Below, piece by piece: positions 24,026 to 36,609 of a stretch of 64,000 nucleotides of DNA. The DNA is taken from NCBI GenBank assembly GCA_028534125.1, contig CM052818.1, positions 16,494,001 to 16,558,000 of the forward strand. Direction: 5' to 3'. The notes beneath the pieces were generated by a model. That model had not been told where the DNA came from. It did no database searches and saw nothing but the letters and a program-made list of their open reading frames with translations. Within the stretch, counting starts at the first letter, position 1. The number at the start of each line of letters is the position of its first letter. This DNA comes from Lama glama. Its lineage: Eukaryota. A program made the position numbers and the translations under genes.

Positions 24026-25816
24026 ATTGCTCATTTACTATGTAAATGCTATGCACCAAGCATATAATGGAGAATAAAGCCATGACAATCGTAGAATTTA
24101 CCTCGTAGGGTTTGAGGATACTGATATAAGTATTTACAAAGAGCTTACCACAATGCTTGTCACATAATGAAAATTCTACAAACAGGATCTACCCTTATTA
24201 ACTGTAATAATGGTAAAATCTATCTAGAAACTGTTTTTACAAATGCCACATTCAAAACATATTCAGGGATCTCCAGTAGGCACCAGTTACCCAAAATGGA
24301 TTAAGGAATGAAAATACCATTCAATTCCTTAGGAAAGAAAACTATCATTGTTAACAGTTTACCTCATAATTTAGGGAACTCAGCTATTGGCTCCTCTTAG
24401 AAATAATTACCATCACCACAGAGATAGTTCATCTTCAGTTTAGTCAGCGTATTCCCCTTGCTGAGACAGACATGTGAATGGTTATAAAATCCTTCCTGGA
24501 GGAAACAAAGGTTAAAGTTGTGTCAGGATTAATCTGTGGTGGTATGTACGCATTGATTATAAATTGAGCTATGGCCATAGTTACAGGAAATTTCTTCCGC
24601 TTTTTTTTTTTTTAATCAGAACAAGCAGTATTAGCTAAGAAATCAAGTGCCTTAGTTTGAAACCAGAACTTAACTGAAATATTATCAGAGATACTTCCAC
24701 ATAAATTTGAAAAGTATTAAATAGGGAGAATATCCAATCTTAATTTCTTGTTTTTTCCACTCTGTACCATTTCGAAAAAAGGATCCAAACTTATTGTCTA
24801 CTTGGGCACTTGCAATAAAGCTAAGAACAACATTTTTTAAGTAATTGTACTTTGTATTTTTAATATTTAATAAGTGAAATTTATTTTTAATATTTAATTT
24901 TATTTTTAATATTTAATAAGAGTGTAATAGTATTCCCTTTATCTATCATCAGAATCAATCTATCTCTCTGAAAAACTATCCATCGAAGTTTTTATACATT
25001 TAGGATTTTGATATTGAATACCAATGAATCCTTTCATGTAAACAGAATGCATCTGTAATGCATTTTGTTAGACATGGTGAAAATTTTACACTGCATTATT
25101 TTGTGTATATACCAACAATTTGCAGCAACGTGAATGGAGACATGGTTTTCTGGGAACATGTGTCAATATAATAGTCTTTGGGTGCTTTTCTACACTTTTT
25201 ATGATTTGCATTGGTTGTTCAATTTATTTCTTGTGTCTGCATGATAAACAGCATGCTTATAATTGATCATAAATCATACAAAGTAGCCATCCTTAGATAA
25301 CCTCAATACCAATTTTATTTTTTTAAATTTACATATAAATTGTGCCACAAATATGGCTGCTGCTACCTAAGTCATGGTTGGAATGTTAATGCAGCTTTAG
25401 ATTTCCTAATAAAGTGATTTATCACTCTGGAGTCCTTTAGTGAAACTCATATGTACACATGATTACTTTAATACTCATTCTTTGAAAGGAAAGCATGTAT
25501 TAAACAATTAATTTCCGCTCTTACCACCCCAAACCCATTTGGAAAAGCAGACAGTCAATGAATTTAAAGATACCAATGAATAATTAAAATTTAGCTTGAT
25601 ATTCTATTGTAACCTTTCTATTTTTCTTTTTTGTTTTTACATTCATGTACATCTTATATAATAATGTATTCTAGGCCTATAAAACTGCTGTTTGTTATTA
25701 CATAAAATGAATTCATTCCATATTTAACATGTAAATAACATTTTCAGTATCTTCCAACTTAAAATGCATAGTTGCTAAAGAACTTTATAGTAACTCTGAT
25801 TTAATGAATTATGTTG

Positions 25817-26079
25817 AGTAGTGTAAGGATCAAGCCCAAAGTCTCAGGTCCCTGACTTCTTGGATTTGAAACTTTCACTTGTCATTACTGTCTCTGTGAC
25901 CTCAAGGCTATTACTTAACCTCTCCATGCCTCTGTTTCCTGCATCTCTATACTGGGAACCATATTATTACCTACCTTGTGTGAGTTTTTGAAGATTAAGT
26001 GAGTTAATATTTGTGAAGCATGTGGAACAGTTCTTGCTCATGTTAAGTGTTATATAAGTATCTGTTAAGTAAATAAATA
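25817..26079 (+). mobile_element. MIR SINE, near full length
   Basis: 'tgtgacctcaaggctattacttaacctctccatgcctctgtttcct...gattaagtgagttaatatttgtgaagc'. Confidence 0.88.
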
Positions 26080-26287
26080 CACTAAGCCTCAGTTCAAAGA
26101 GCAGTGATCTACAAACCAAAGCTACACATCTAAGGAAGAGGTATTTCTCTTACTTTATAAGAAACTAGTTGAAATTAATAGCAAATTGCTCTAATTGACA
26201 AAAATGTCCAAGATATCATTAATTTGTTCTTGGGAGTTGGTAGAGGCCTCAAATTTACATCATCTTTAGTGTAAAAGATAATCCTGA

Positions 26288-28562
26288 TTTTTTTTTTTAA
26301 TTGAAATATAGTCAATGACAGTGTGACAATTTCTGGTGTACAGCACAGTATCCCAGTCATGCATATTCATACATATATTCATTTTCATATTCTTTTTCAT
26401 TAAAGATTACTATAAGATATTGAATATAATTTCTTGTGCTATAGAGAAGAAATTTGTTTTTTTTAAATCTATTTTTATATATAGAAGTTAACATTTGCAA
26501 ATCTCAAACTCCCAAATTTATCCCTTCCCACCTCCTTTCCCCCGGTAACCATAGGATTGTTTACTATATCTGAGAGTCTATTTCTGTTTTGTAGATGAGT
26601 TCATTAGTGTCTTCTTTCTTTTTTAGATTCCGCTTATGAGTGATATTATATGATATTTTCTTTCTCTTTCTGGCTTACTTCACTTAGAATGACAATCTCT
26701 AGGTCCATCCATTTGCCACAAATGGCATTATTTTATTCCTTTTTATGGCTGAGTAGTATTCCATTGTATAAATATACCACAAGTTCTTTATCCAGTCATC
26801 TGTCAGTGGACATTTAGGTTGTTTGCATGTCCTGCTTATTATTGTGCCTATTGTATATATAGTGCTGCTATGAACATTTGGGTGCATGTATCTTTTCAAA
26901 TTAGAGTTCCCTCCAAATATATGCCCAGAATTGGGATTCCTGAATCATATGATAACTCTATTTTCACTTCTTTGAGTAATCTCCATACTGTTTTCCATAA
27001 TGGCTGCACCAAACTACATTCGCACCAACAGTGTAAGAGGGTTCCCTTTTTTCCACACCCTCTCCTGCATTTATTGTTTGTAGACTTTTGAATGATGGCC
27101 ATTCTGACTGGTGTGAGGTGATACCTTGTTGTAGTTTTCATTTATATTTCTCTGATAATTAGCAATACTGAGTATTTTTTCATGTGCCTTTTGGCCATTT
27201 GTATGTCTTCATTGGAAAATTGCTTGTTTAGGTCTTCTGTCCATTTTTGGATTGGGTTGTTTTTTTTTTTTTTCTTATTAAGTTCTATGAGCTGTTTATA
27301 TATTCTGGAAATTAAGCCTTTGTCAGTTACATCATTTGCAAATATTTTCTCCCATTCCATATGTTGTTGTTTTATTTTACTTATGGTTTCCTGTGCTGTG
27401 TAAAAGCTTGTAAGTTTAATTAGGGCCCACTTGTTTATTTTTGCTTTTATTTCTATTTCCTGGATACACTGTCTTAGAAGAACATTGCTAAGATTTATGT
27501 CAGAGAATGTTTTGCCTATGTTTTTGTCAAAGAGGTTTATAGTGTCCTGTCTTACATTTAAGCCTTTAAGCCATTTTGAGTTTATTTTTGTGTATGAGGT
27601 GAGGGAGTGTTCCAACTTCATTGATTTACATGCTGCTATCCAATTTTCCCAACACCACTTGCTGAAGAGACTTTGTTTTCCACATTGTATATTCTTGCCT
27701 CTTTTGTTGAAGATTGATTGACCATAGGTCTGTGGGTTTATTTCTTGGCTCTCTAATCTGTTCCATTGATCCATATGTCTGTTTTTATGCCAATACCACG
27801 CTGTTTTGATTATGGTAGCTCTATAGTATTGTCTGAAGTCTGGGAGGGTTATTCCTCCAACTTTGTTCTTTTTTTTCACTATTGTTTTGGCAATTCTGGG
27901 TCTTTTGTGATTCCACATAAATTTTATGATTATTTGTTCTAGTTCTGTGAAAAATGCCATGGGTAGTTTGATAAGAATTGCATTAAACCTGTAGATATCC
28001 TTGGACAGTATGGCCATTTTAGCAATATTGGTTCTTCCAATCCAAGAGCATGAGATATCTTTTCATTTCTTTAAGTCGTCTTTAATTTCCTTAATTACTG
28101 TTTTGTAGTTCTCCACATATAAGTCTTCCACCTTCTTCATCAGATTTATTCCTAAGTATTTTATTGTTTTGGATGCAATTTTAAAAGGGATTAATTCTTT
28201 ACTTTCTTTTCCTGCTATTTCATTTTTATTGTAAAGAAATGTAATTGATTTCTATATGTTAATCTTGTATCCTGCACCCTTGCCAAATTCTTTTATCAGC
28301 TCTAGTAGTTTTTGTGTGGCACTTTTAAGGTTTTCTATATATAGTATCATGTCATCTGCATATAGTGACAATTTTACCTCTTCTCTTCCAATTTGGATCC
28401 CTTTTATTTCTTTTTCTTGCCTGACTGCTGTGGCTAGGACTTCCAAGAATATGTTGAATAGAAGTGGTGAGAGTAGGCATCATTGTCTTATTTCAGATTT
28501 TAGTGGGAAGGCTTTCAGTTTTTCATTGTTGAGTACTATGCTGGCTGTGGATTTGTCATAAA
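26288..28562 (-). mobile_element. 5'-truncated LINE-1 (lineage-specific, ~2.3 kb)
   Basis: T11 tail at 26288-26298, 3' UTR, then ORF2 C-terminal half in four minus-strand ORF pieces. Possible degenerate TSD ctgatttttt/ctgaattttt. Confidence 0.97.
26699..28446 (-). pseudogene. Disrupted L1 ORF2p (RT core to C-terminal cysteine-rich domain)
   Basis: 28252..28446 encodes [26 protein letters not shown] (RT YADD motif); 27142..28017 encodes [23 protein letters not shown] and [10 protein letters not shown]; 26896..27141 encodes [18 protein letters not shown]; 26699..26899 encodes [14 protein letters not shown]. Split by stops and frameshifts. Confidence 0.95.
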
Positions 28563-28609
28563 CTGAATTTTTTATACTTTGATTTCCACTGAAGTTCAAC
28601 TCCCAGTTA

Positions 28610-28960
28610 TAGGAAGGACTTTCAGCTTTTCTGTTCTAATCTACCTATATATTTAAATCCACTCTAAAAGCTACTGAATGGCCCCCTAGTCTATGAGTAA
28701 AAACTTTAGGGCTGGGAGAGTCACTGCATCCCCAGGCTGTCATTCCATCTTTCTATAGCTCAGGCCTTCTCCCTATTTGGACAAACTGACTTTATTCACT
28801 TCAACAAATACTAATGAATTGAAACCTTTTGCACTTGACACCCTTTCAAATGTATGAAAACTGTTATTCAGCACCTTCTGCTCCAAGCCCATTTTTTTCT
28901 AAACTAAAACACCTTCACAGTGTTTTCATTTCTTCTTTAAATAACATGCTATTCATTTTC
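28610..28960. mobile_element. Possible CR1/L3 fragment
   Basis: 'tttttctaaactaaaacaccttcacagtgttttcatttctt' and upstream sequence loosely resemble L3; heavily decayed. Confidence 0.3.
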
Positions 28961-29849
28961 AGTATATTTGATTACTAGACGAATCATGGAGAGGGATTAT
29001 AAATGTCCAAAAATCTGGAAATAACACAAAATAATAAGCATTGAAAAATAAATGATAGAGAAATTCTGATCAAGATGATACCATGAATTTCCACTTAGTC
29101 ATCCTCCCACTCCATGCCTTTCTTCAAATGCATATGAATGAAAATTATACGTGGAAAGGGAAAAATAAAGACAAAATTGAGCTCAAAAAACAAATAAATA
29201 TTGTTTCGGACCAAGACCATACAAAAACACAAAGTAGAGATTAGATATGATGCCTTGGCATGTGGGGCTTTGAGTCTGGAACCAGGCAGCATTGACCAGG
29301 AGTTAAGTTCTCGTGGGGTAATGTTGATTTCCCATCAGGGAACCAAAAGTAGATTCCTTTCTCAAAGCAATGTAGTAGGTTAGAAATTCTAGGGAAAATC
29401 AAAGATAAAATTTTTAATTGAAACATGCAAACCAAAATCTGTTAGCTGAACTATTTTGTTATATAGGAAACTATGGATCAAGTGAGGGAGGGAGGTAGAA
29501 AGGAAAAGACACAACTTTTTAACCAGAAAGTGAACCAAACAGCTCACTGACTCAATGACTTTGTCTGCAATATCCTGGACAATCATTGCTGAACAAGATA
29601 CAGAAACATCATTAAAGATCTAATTCAAGTTTAGGGCTTCCTAGGATCAGTTAGAGGATACCCAAAAGCTGCTTGGTAGGGCTGGGAGAATACAGAAATA
29701 GAAGAGATCAAATTTCACCCTCCAAAACAAAAAGGGGTGGGGGGGAGTCTACAAGACAAAAGTACAAGATTCATGAACAAATCTTCTATTTAAAAAAGGA
29801 AGAAATCATGAAACAAAAACATGCAGGAGGCACCAAGCAACAGAAAATG

Positions 29850-30660
29850 ATTAGAACCTTGCAAATGAAAAAGGATATAAGTGCAGTTATGAAGAAGATG
29901 GGATAAACTCCGAACAGGACAAGGCTGAAGAGATCATTAGGTAAAGACACAGAGATATTATAAAGGAGTGATAAAGAAGCATGATTTCAAAAACAATTAG
30001 TGTATGTGTATGTATGTGTGCATGTGCATGCATGTATGTGTGTGTGTATTGACCAGTGCACAGAAACCTTACATAAATCATCTGTAGCCATATAGTTAAT
30101 GATTGTTCAGAATTTGAACCAGTAAGTATGATCCCAAAGCTTGTCTCTGGAAAAGAAAGAGTAAGATAAAAGCAATATTTGAAGAGATAATAGCTCTTCA
30201 TTTTCTAGAACTGAAGAAGACACTATGCCTCAGAACAAAAGTATACTCTGTGTAAAAAACAGAATAAACTGAAATCTCTAACTAGGTATCTTGCAGTGAC
30301 ACTGCAGAATTGAAAAGGTTAAAGAGATCTTAAAAGCCAACAAGCCACAAAAGAGATTACCTCAAACGAGCAACAATTAGATTGACACAGGCTTCTGCAA
30401 AACAGCAAGGGAAGCCAGAGAGAATGGAATGATACCTTTGCTGTGTTGAGAGAAATTAAATGACAATCTGGAGCTCTTACTGAGGTGAATTTTCATTCAA
30501 GAGTAAAAGCAAAATAAAGACACTTTCAGACTTATAAAGACTAATAAGAGTTGCCAACATTTTGTATACATTTTCACAAAAAGCAAAGTGAACTCAAAAG
30601 CTAAAGATACACACACAGTATAAAATAAAACAAAAAATGAAAAAAAATGAATAATAGCTT
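29850..30660 (+). mobile_element. Ancient L1 ORF1 / HAL1-like fragment
   Basis: A-rich 'gcaatatttgaagagataatagct...gatcttaaaagcc...caattagattgacacaggcttct...gaagccagagagaatggaatgataccttt...aaaataaagacactttcagac' as in L1 ORF1. Confidence 0.75.
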
Positions 30661-31334
30661 TTAAAATATAAAATTAAGACTAGTTAATAATAATATGAGT
30701 TGTTTGAAGCTTAATTACATTTGTTAAATTTGTCACATTTAGGAAGGGATCGCTTTTGAGTAACTTTAGTTTGAGTATCTCAAGACTATAGAGAGGAGTT
30801 AATAACACAGAACAGGTCATGGCTGTCCACAGCCATCTATCTGGACCATGGCCCTTATTTATTTTATCTTGCTGTTATTTTTCCCTTCACCTCCAAGACC
30901 AGCTTCCACTCCCTCCCAAACCTTACCATGATTACTTTATGAAAGTCAAAATTGCCCCCCTAATTTCCAATCTTTCACTCATTTCTCCCAATCTCCAAAG
31001 TCCTTCAGTAAACAAAACCAAGAGTTTAGAAATTGCATGTCCAAGTACACCCTCAGGATAAATTTGTCAGGGCCAAGAAAAATTTTTGAACATCCTATTT
31101 TTATTATTGCAAATGATACAAGGGGAACTAAAGCATATTCTTGTTTATTACAATAAATTTAGAGTTAAAAAAGTAAGACTTTTGCTCATTAATAACATTC
31201 TTTTTTAACAACTTAATATTTGCCTGTTACAAATATACAATATGAAACCTATAGATACACATTTATTCAAAGCACTCAGTGCTATCTTTCTTCTTACTGA
31301 GCTTGTTTGACCTCTCTCCTTAGAAACCGGCGAG

Positions 31335-31605
31335 CAGTGAATAAGAATTGCTGTAAGTAGTGAATAAGAATATAGCCTCTGAATTTAGAATAAGACTAGA
31401 GTACTAGCTCTACCTGAGTAGCTTCACTCAGGTAACTTTCTCAGCACATCAGATAAGTTTGTTAACATCTATATTCCTCAGTTTATATATAAAGTGAGGA
31501 TAACCTTCTATGGAGATAAATAAGAGGACATGGAAAAAAAAATAGCCCTAAGCAGAAGGTCTGGATCATAGAAAATACTCAACAGAGTGTAGTTATTTTC
31601 ATTAT
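31335..31605 (+). mobile_element. MIR SINE
   Basis: 'agataagtttgttaacatctatattcctcagttt...aaagtgaggataa...ctggatcatagaaaatactcaaca'. Confidence 0.6.
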
Positions 31606-31865
31606 TTCCTTCATGAAAGTAACTACAAGAAAATAAATATCTGAGATTTTTTTCCTTCTCTTAAGACTATCCTGCACGTGTATTCCACAGTGGCATTCAG
31701 CACATCTGTCCCTAGCTCTGTATTAATATCTTATTGCTCTGAACATAACCTAAATATGTCATTCCTATTGATTGTTTTACTATGAAATTTATTACAAAAT
31801 TATTTATTTAAATCAAGGGTCATAAATGCAAATACTATGAAGCCCAAGCAGGTCTAAAATGGACT

Positions 31866-33540
31866 TTGTGGCTATTTCTCTCTTCAATTCTGTCAATTTT
31901 TGCTTCATGCATTTTGTCTCTTCTTAGGTGCTTATATGTTTATTATATTTCCTTTGTGGATTGACCCTTTTACCATTATATAATTGTTACCGAGTCCAAA
32001 CTCGTTCTGCTTGCTGCGTGACAGGCCAGTAAATGGGGAGACAAGGTATTGGGGCAAGGAATAGCGACTTTATTCAGAAAGCCGGAAAACCGAAAGGATG
32101 GCAGACTGATGTCTTGGAGGACCATCCTACTCCAATCAGAATATAGGCTCCTTTTATACGAAAAAAGGGATGTGGTTGGTTATTGGAAACTTCTTGCTTC
32201 AGGAATTGTTTGTTCTTGCGGCCTTCCATGTGGATCAGACCATGTTGTCCTTGTAAACCTCCAACAAAACAAAGGTTATTCTCTGTTTTGCAACTTGCCA
32301 TCTCTTCCTAAGTGCAGAAGTGCTAACATCCTTAAAGGTCAGAGACTTGAGAATAGGCTCTCCTGTATATTTCAGGTGAAAGGCAACACTGCTTTACAAA
32401 AGGTACAGAGCTAGCAAGACTAAATCTAGAAAACAGGGCACAGTGGTTAAAACTAAAGGAACAGCTCCAATATAGAGTCAGATTGTTCTCCATTACATAC
32501 GGTCCCTCTTTATTTCCATTATAATTTTCTTATGTAAAGCCACTTCAACCCTCTTATGTTGGCTATTCCGTGGTTTTTTTGTTTGTTTGGTTTGGTTTTT
32601 TGGTTTTTGGTTTTTGGTTTTTTCCATTCTTTTGTTTTCTGGTATGACTTGCTTTCAACCTGAAGAATTACCTTTAGTATTTCTTGTAAGGGAGGTCTGC
32701 TAGTGACAAATTCTCTCAGCTGCTCACCTCCATTAATTGCTAGCTGATTGTTCCATTGTTTTTGACAATAATTTATCCCTGAGGAATAAATTACTCCGCA
32801 TTCTAATCAAATTAAATTTGAACTCTTTGAAGGAATAGCCTTTGAGGCCAGTCTTTGATGTTTCTGAGTCCAAAAAGGCTCTTTTTATCTGTCTCTTTAC
32901 TGGTTCTCTCCATTAAACTTCTAGCAGCCCTATGGTTTCACTTGTTGCTGTCATGGAACTGACAATCCCTTTTTAATTGCTTACCATCAATGCCTCCATT
33001 GTTTTTGATAGTGCCCTTAATCTTGAACTTTTCCATCTCTATGAAAATAATGTTGGTCCCCTTAGTGAGAGCTGTGAATTATGGAGCTCTCTGTTTTTAC
33101 GATTTGTCTCTCCCCTTGGGGATAACCTCTGTGCCACTGCTTTTAAACTGGGGATGGGGACAGACACCTATGATCTATAAATGTGTCCCTGAATCAGGGC
33201 AGTAGTCCCTGCTCATCTCAACTTGCCTTTCATTATGAAATGTCTATCCTGTAAAAAGAGGTAAGGGTAAATAATTGGGGTTCAGTATTATGTGCCTGTT
33301 CTGCCTGGAGTAGAACTTCTGTTCTGTGATTGGTAGCTAAGTGAAAGAAGTAAGCTCCAGGCCTCTCAGCTGGTTTTCCCTGAAACGGAGCTTCTGCAAC
33401 CAAAAGCTGGTAGGATTTATTTGAGAAACGCTGGTGGTCTGTCCCTCTTGGAGAAAAACTATAGCCCTAGGCTGGAACTGGGAGAAGAAAGAAGCCTGTT
33501 TTCTTGGTAGCACTCACCTATAATAAAACTTCTGTTTCTG
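31866..33540 (-). mobile_element. Old L1 (L1MC/MD-type) 5' portion with deletions, split by an LTR
   Basis: 'ttcaattctgtcaatttttgcttcatgcattttg...ggattgacccttttaccattatataat' resumes as 'gtccctctttattt' after the LTR; later 'ttacctttagtatttcttgtaagggaggtctgctagtgacaaattctctcagc'. Confidence 0.75.
31985..32497 (-). mobile_element. ERV1-type solo LTR, 513 bp (artiodactyl family)
   Basis: tgtta...ttaca termini, several retained CpGs, 'actttattc' gives AATAAA on the minus strand; host L1 is colinear on both sides. Confidence 0.85.
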
Positions 33541-33850
33541 TGGTTATTTTTCCTTCATCCTGTTCTCTTATATTGTTCTCATTTTTCAATTAATTTGACT
33601 AAGTAATGACTTACCTACTTTAATTTTTAGAAAATACCAACTTTTACATGTTTTCCTTAGTAATAAAACTTTTAGTCTTACTCATTACTTTCTGCTTTTT
33701 TCTTTATTATATCATTTCTTCTATTCTCTTTCAGTATATTTTTCAAAAATTTTCCTTTGAATATTTAATATATTTATTTTCATTCATATACATTTTATAG
33801 CCATGGATAAGCACCATATTTTTCATAAAGTGAGGGACACCATGGCTAAA

Positions 33851-35047
33851 TTATTTTTTAATTGAAGTATAGTGATTTACAATATTGTGTTAGTTTCAGG
33901 TATACAGCAAAGTGACTAGCTATACATATACGTATGTGTGTGTGTGTGTATATATATATATACACTTTTTTCTGATTTCTTTCCATTATGGGTTATTACA
34001 AGATATTGAATATAGTTCCCTGTGCTATACAGTGAATCCTTGTTGTTTATGTATTTTTTAGGTCATAATGTGAATCTGTTAATCCCATACTTCTAATTTA
34101 TCCCTCCCCATTCCTTCACCTTTGGTAACTAAGTTCGTTGTCTATGTCTGTGAGTCTGTTTCTGTTTTGTAAATAAGTTAATTTGTACTATTTTTTTAGA
34201 TTCTGCATATAAGTGGTATCATATAACACTTGTCCCTCTCTGTCTGACTTACTTTACTTAGCAGAGTATTTCATTCTTTTTTATGGCTAATACTCATAGT
34301 ATGTATACACTATGAGTTATCTAGTTATCTGCCAATGGACATTTAAATTGCTTCCATGTCTTGGCTACTGTAAATGGTGCTGCTAGGAACATTGCGTTGC
34401 ATGTATCTTTTTGAATTGGAATTTTCATATTTTCTAGATATATACTTGGTTGTGGGATGGCTGGCTCATACATAACTCTATATTTAGTTTGTTTAGGAAC
34501 TTCCATACTGTTTTGCGTAGTAGCTGCACCAATTTACATTCCCACCAACAGTATAGGAGGGTTACCTTTTCTCCACACCCTCTCCAGCATTTATTATTTG
34601 TAGACTTTTTGATAATGGCAACTCTGACCAGTGTAATGTGACACTTCATTGTAGTCTTGATTTGCATTTCTCTAATAATTAGAGATGTTGAACACCTTTT
34701 CATGTGCCTGTTGGCCATCTGTGTGTCTACTTTGGAGACATGTCTATTTAGGTCTTCTGACTAGAAAATGTAGATAGATTGTTCTTGCTCTTTTTTTTTT
34801 TTAATTGAGTTGAAGGAGCTGTCTGTTTATTTTGGAAATTAAGCCCTTGTTGGTTGCATCATTTGCAAATATTTTCTCCCTGACTTTTGTGTGTTGTCTT
34901 TTTGTTTTGTTGGTTGTTTCCTTTGTGGTGCAAAAGCTTATAAGTTTGATTAGGTCCCATTTGTTTGTTTTTACTTTTATTTCTTTTGCCTTGGGAGACT
35001 GATCTAGAAAAATATTGCTTCAGTTCATATCAGGGAATGTTTTACCT
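33851..35047 (-). mobile_element. L1 3' UTR plus ORF2 C-terminus, cut by the assembly gap
   Basis: Begins 'ttttttaattgaagtatagtgatttacaatattgtg'; ORF 34434..34718 encodes [19 protein letters not shown]...[18 protein letters not shown]. Confidence 0.95.
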
Positions 35048-35547
35048 NNNNNNNNNNNNNNNNNNNNNNNNNNNNNNNNNNNNNNNNNNNNNNNNNNNNN
35101 NNNNNNNNNNNNNNNNNNNNNNNNNNNNNNNNNNNNNNNNNNNNNNNNNNNNNNNNNNNNNNNNNNNNNNNNNNNNNNNNNNNNNNNNNNNNNNNNNNNN
35201 NNNNNNNNNNNNNNNNNNNNNNNNNNNNNNNNNNNNNNNNNNNNNNNNNNNNNNNNNNNNNNNNNNNNNNNNNNNNNNNNNNNNNNNNNNNNNNNNNNNN
35301 NNNNNNNNNNNNNNNNNNNNNNNNNNNNNNNNNNNNNNNNNNNNNNNNNNNNNNNNNNNNNNNNNNNNNNNNNNNNNNNNNNNNNNNNNNNNNNNNNNNN
35401 NNNNNNNNNNNNNNNNNNNNNNNNNNNNNNNNNNNNNNNNNNNNNNNNNNNNNNNNNNNNNNNNNNNNNNNNNNNNNNNNNNNNNNNNNNNNNNNNNNNN
35501 NNNNNNNNNNNNNNNNNNNNNNNNNNNNNNNNNNNNNNNNNNNNNNN
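35048..35547. other. Assembly gap, exactly 500 N
   Basis: Counted directly. Confidence 0.99.
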
Positions 35548-36606
35548 GTAGCCCTTAGGTGGTGACTGATGCTGCCTACAGGATCTGGCAGAGACTAGCT
35601 CTCTAGCTGTGAAGGAGCCCACTGAGCCCAAGGCTTTTCTCTCCTCAATCTCTTCTCATTCTCCTCTAACACTCTCTTTGGACTCAAGAAGATCCACCAA
35701 GGGGACCACTCAGACAGCCACATTAAGACCGCATGGCAAGTAATTGGCAACCTGATTGGGTGAGCTTCCACTCCGTGATTCCTTGAGCCCAATTCTGCTT
35801 CTCTACATGGTCTTGGTCCAGTTTTGAGACACCAGAACTGCAAAGGGGGCTCAAATTAGGGGACTCTGTAAGTTCCCCTTTAAAAATTTGTGGCCCAGCA
35901 CTCCCCAAGTGCCTTTGGGGCATACAGCTTCATTGAATCTATAGGAGGGAGTTGTGGGGAGGCACTCCCTTTGCAGATCACAGGTGTTAGCACTCCTGAG
36001 TGAGAGTCACTCGTGAGCACTCCCTTCATGGGTCAGGGGTATTGGCACCCCTCTTGGAATCATGGTTTCATTACACCACAGAGTGGGAGTCGTAGGCAGG
36101 CACTCCCTCAGTGGGCCTACAGATCTCTGGTCTAGGAAGCGTTATAGCTATAGCATTCCCTTTCATTCTGGATTTCTACCTTTCGATGCTACTTATTTCC
36201 CCTCTTTCACAGAAGGTAATCTGCTTAGTTGACTCAGGACCTAGGTCTCTTCCTTCCCTCTAAAGGATTTAGACCCTGGGACTCTAGTCACCTTTTCTCC
36301 TGCTGGCCCTTGCTGCTTTCCTTAACTAGTCACTGATAAAGGAGATTCCCAGAGTGAGGAAACCTTTCCTCTTTCACTGCTCCCTCCCAGGGACACAGGT
36401 TTCATCCTGATTCCTCTTCTTCTCCCTTTTCCCTTAGTCCTACCCATTTTTGTGGGGATCTCTCTCACAGTTTTGGTTGTATGAAATCTTCTGCCAGTAT
36501 TCAGCAGGTATTCTATGAAAATTGTTCCACATATAGATGTAATTTTTATGTATTTGTGGGAGGAGATAAGCCCCACATCACTGTACTCCATCATCCTGAT
36601 CTCCTC
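35548..36606 (-). mobile_element. L1 5' UTR (internal promoter region)
   Basis: Minus strand begins gaggagatcaggatgatggagtacagtgatgtggggcttatctcctcccacaaatacataaaaattacatct, typical of artiodactyl L1 5' ends; GC-richer with repeated 'gcactccct' subunits. Confidence 0.85.
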
Positions 36607-36609
36607 TTC

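Noticed and set aside
26699..28446. Reverse transcriptase ORFs as a novel retroelement or RT-based system
   Set aside because: Standard mammalian L1 ORF2p motifs in the usual order, followed by 3' UTR and A-tail; truncated and frameshifted.
26819..28561. Plus-strand hydrophobic ORFs
   Set aside because: Antisense shadows of L1 ORF2.
32049..32414. 121-aa ORF as a retroviral gene
   Set aside because: Lies wholly within a solo LTR; no gag/pol/env motifs.
34965..35631. Three long ORFs (178-203 aa)
   Set aside because: Artefacts of reading through the 500-N gap.
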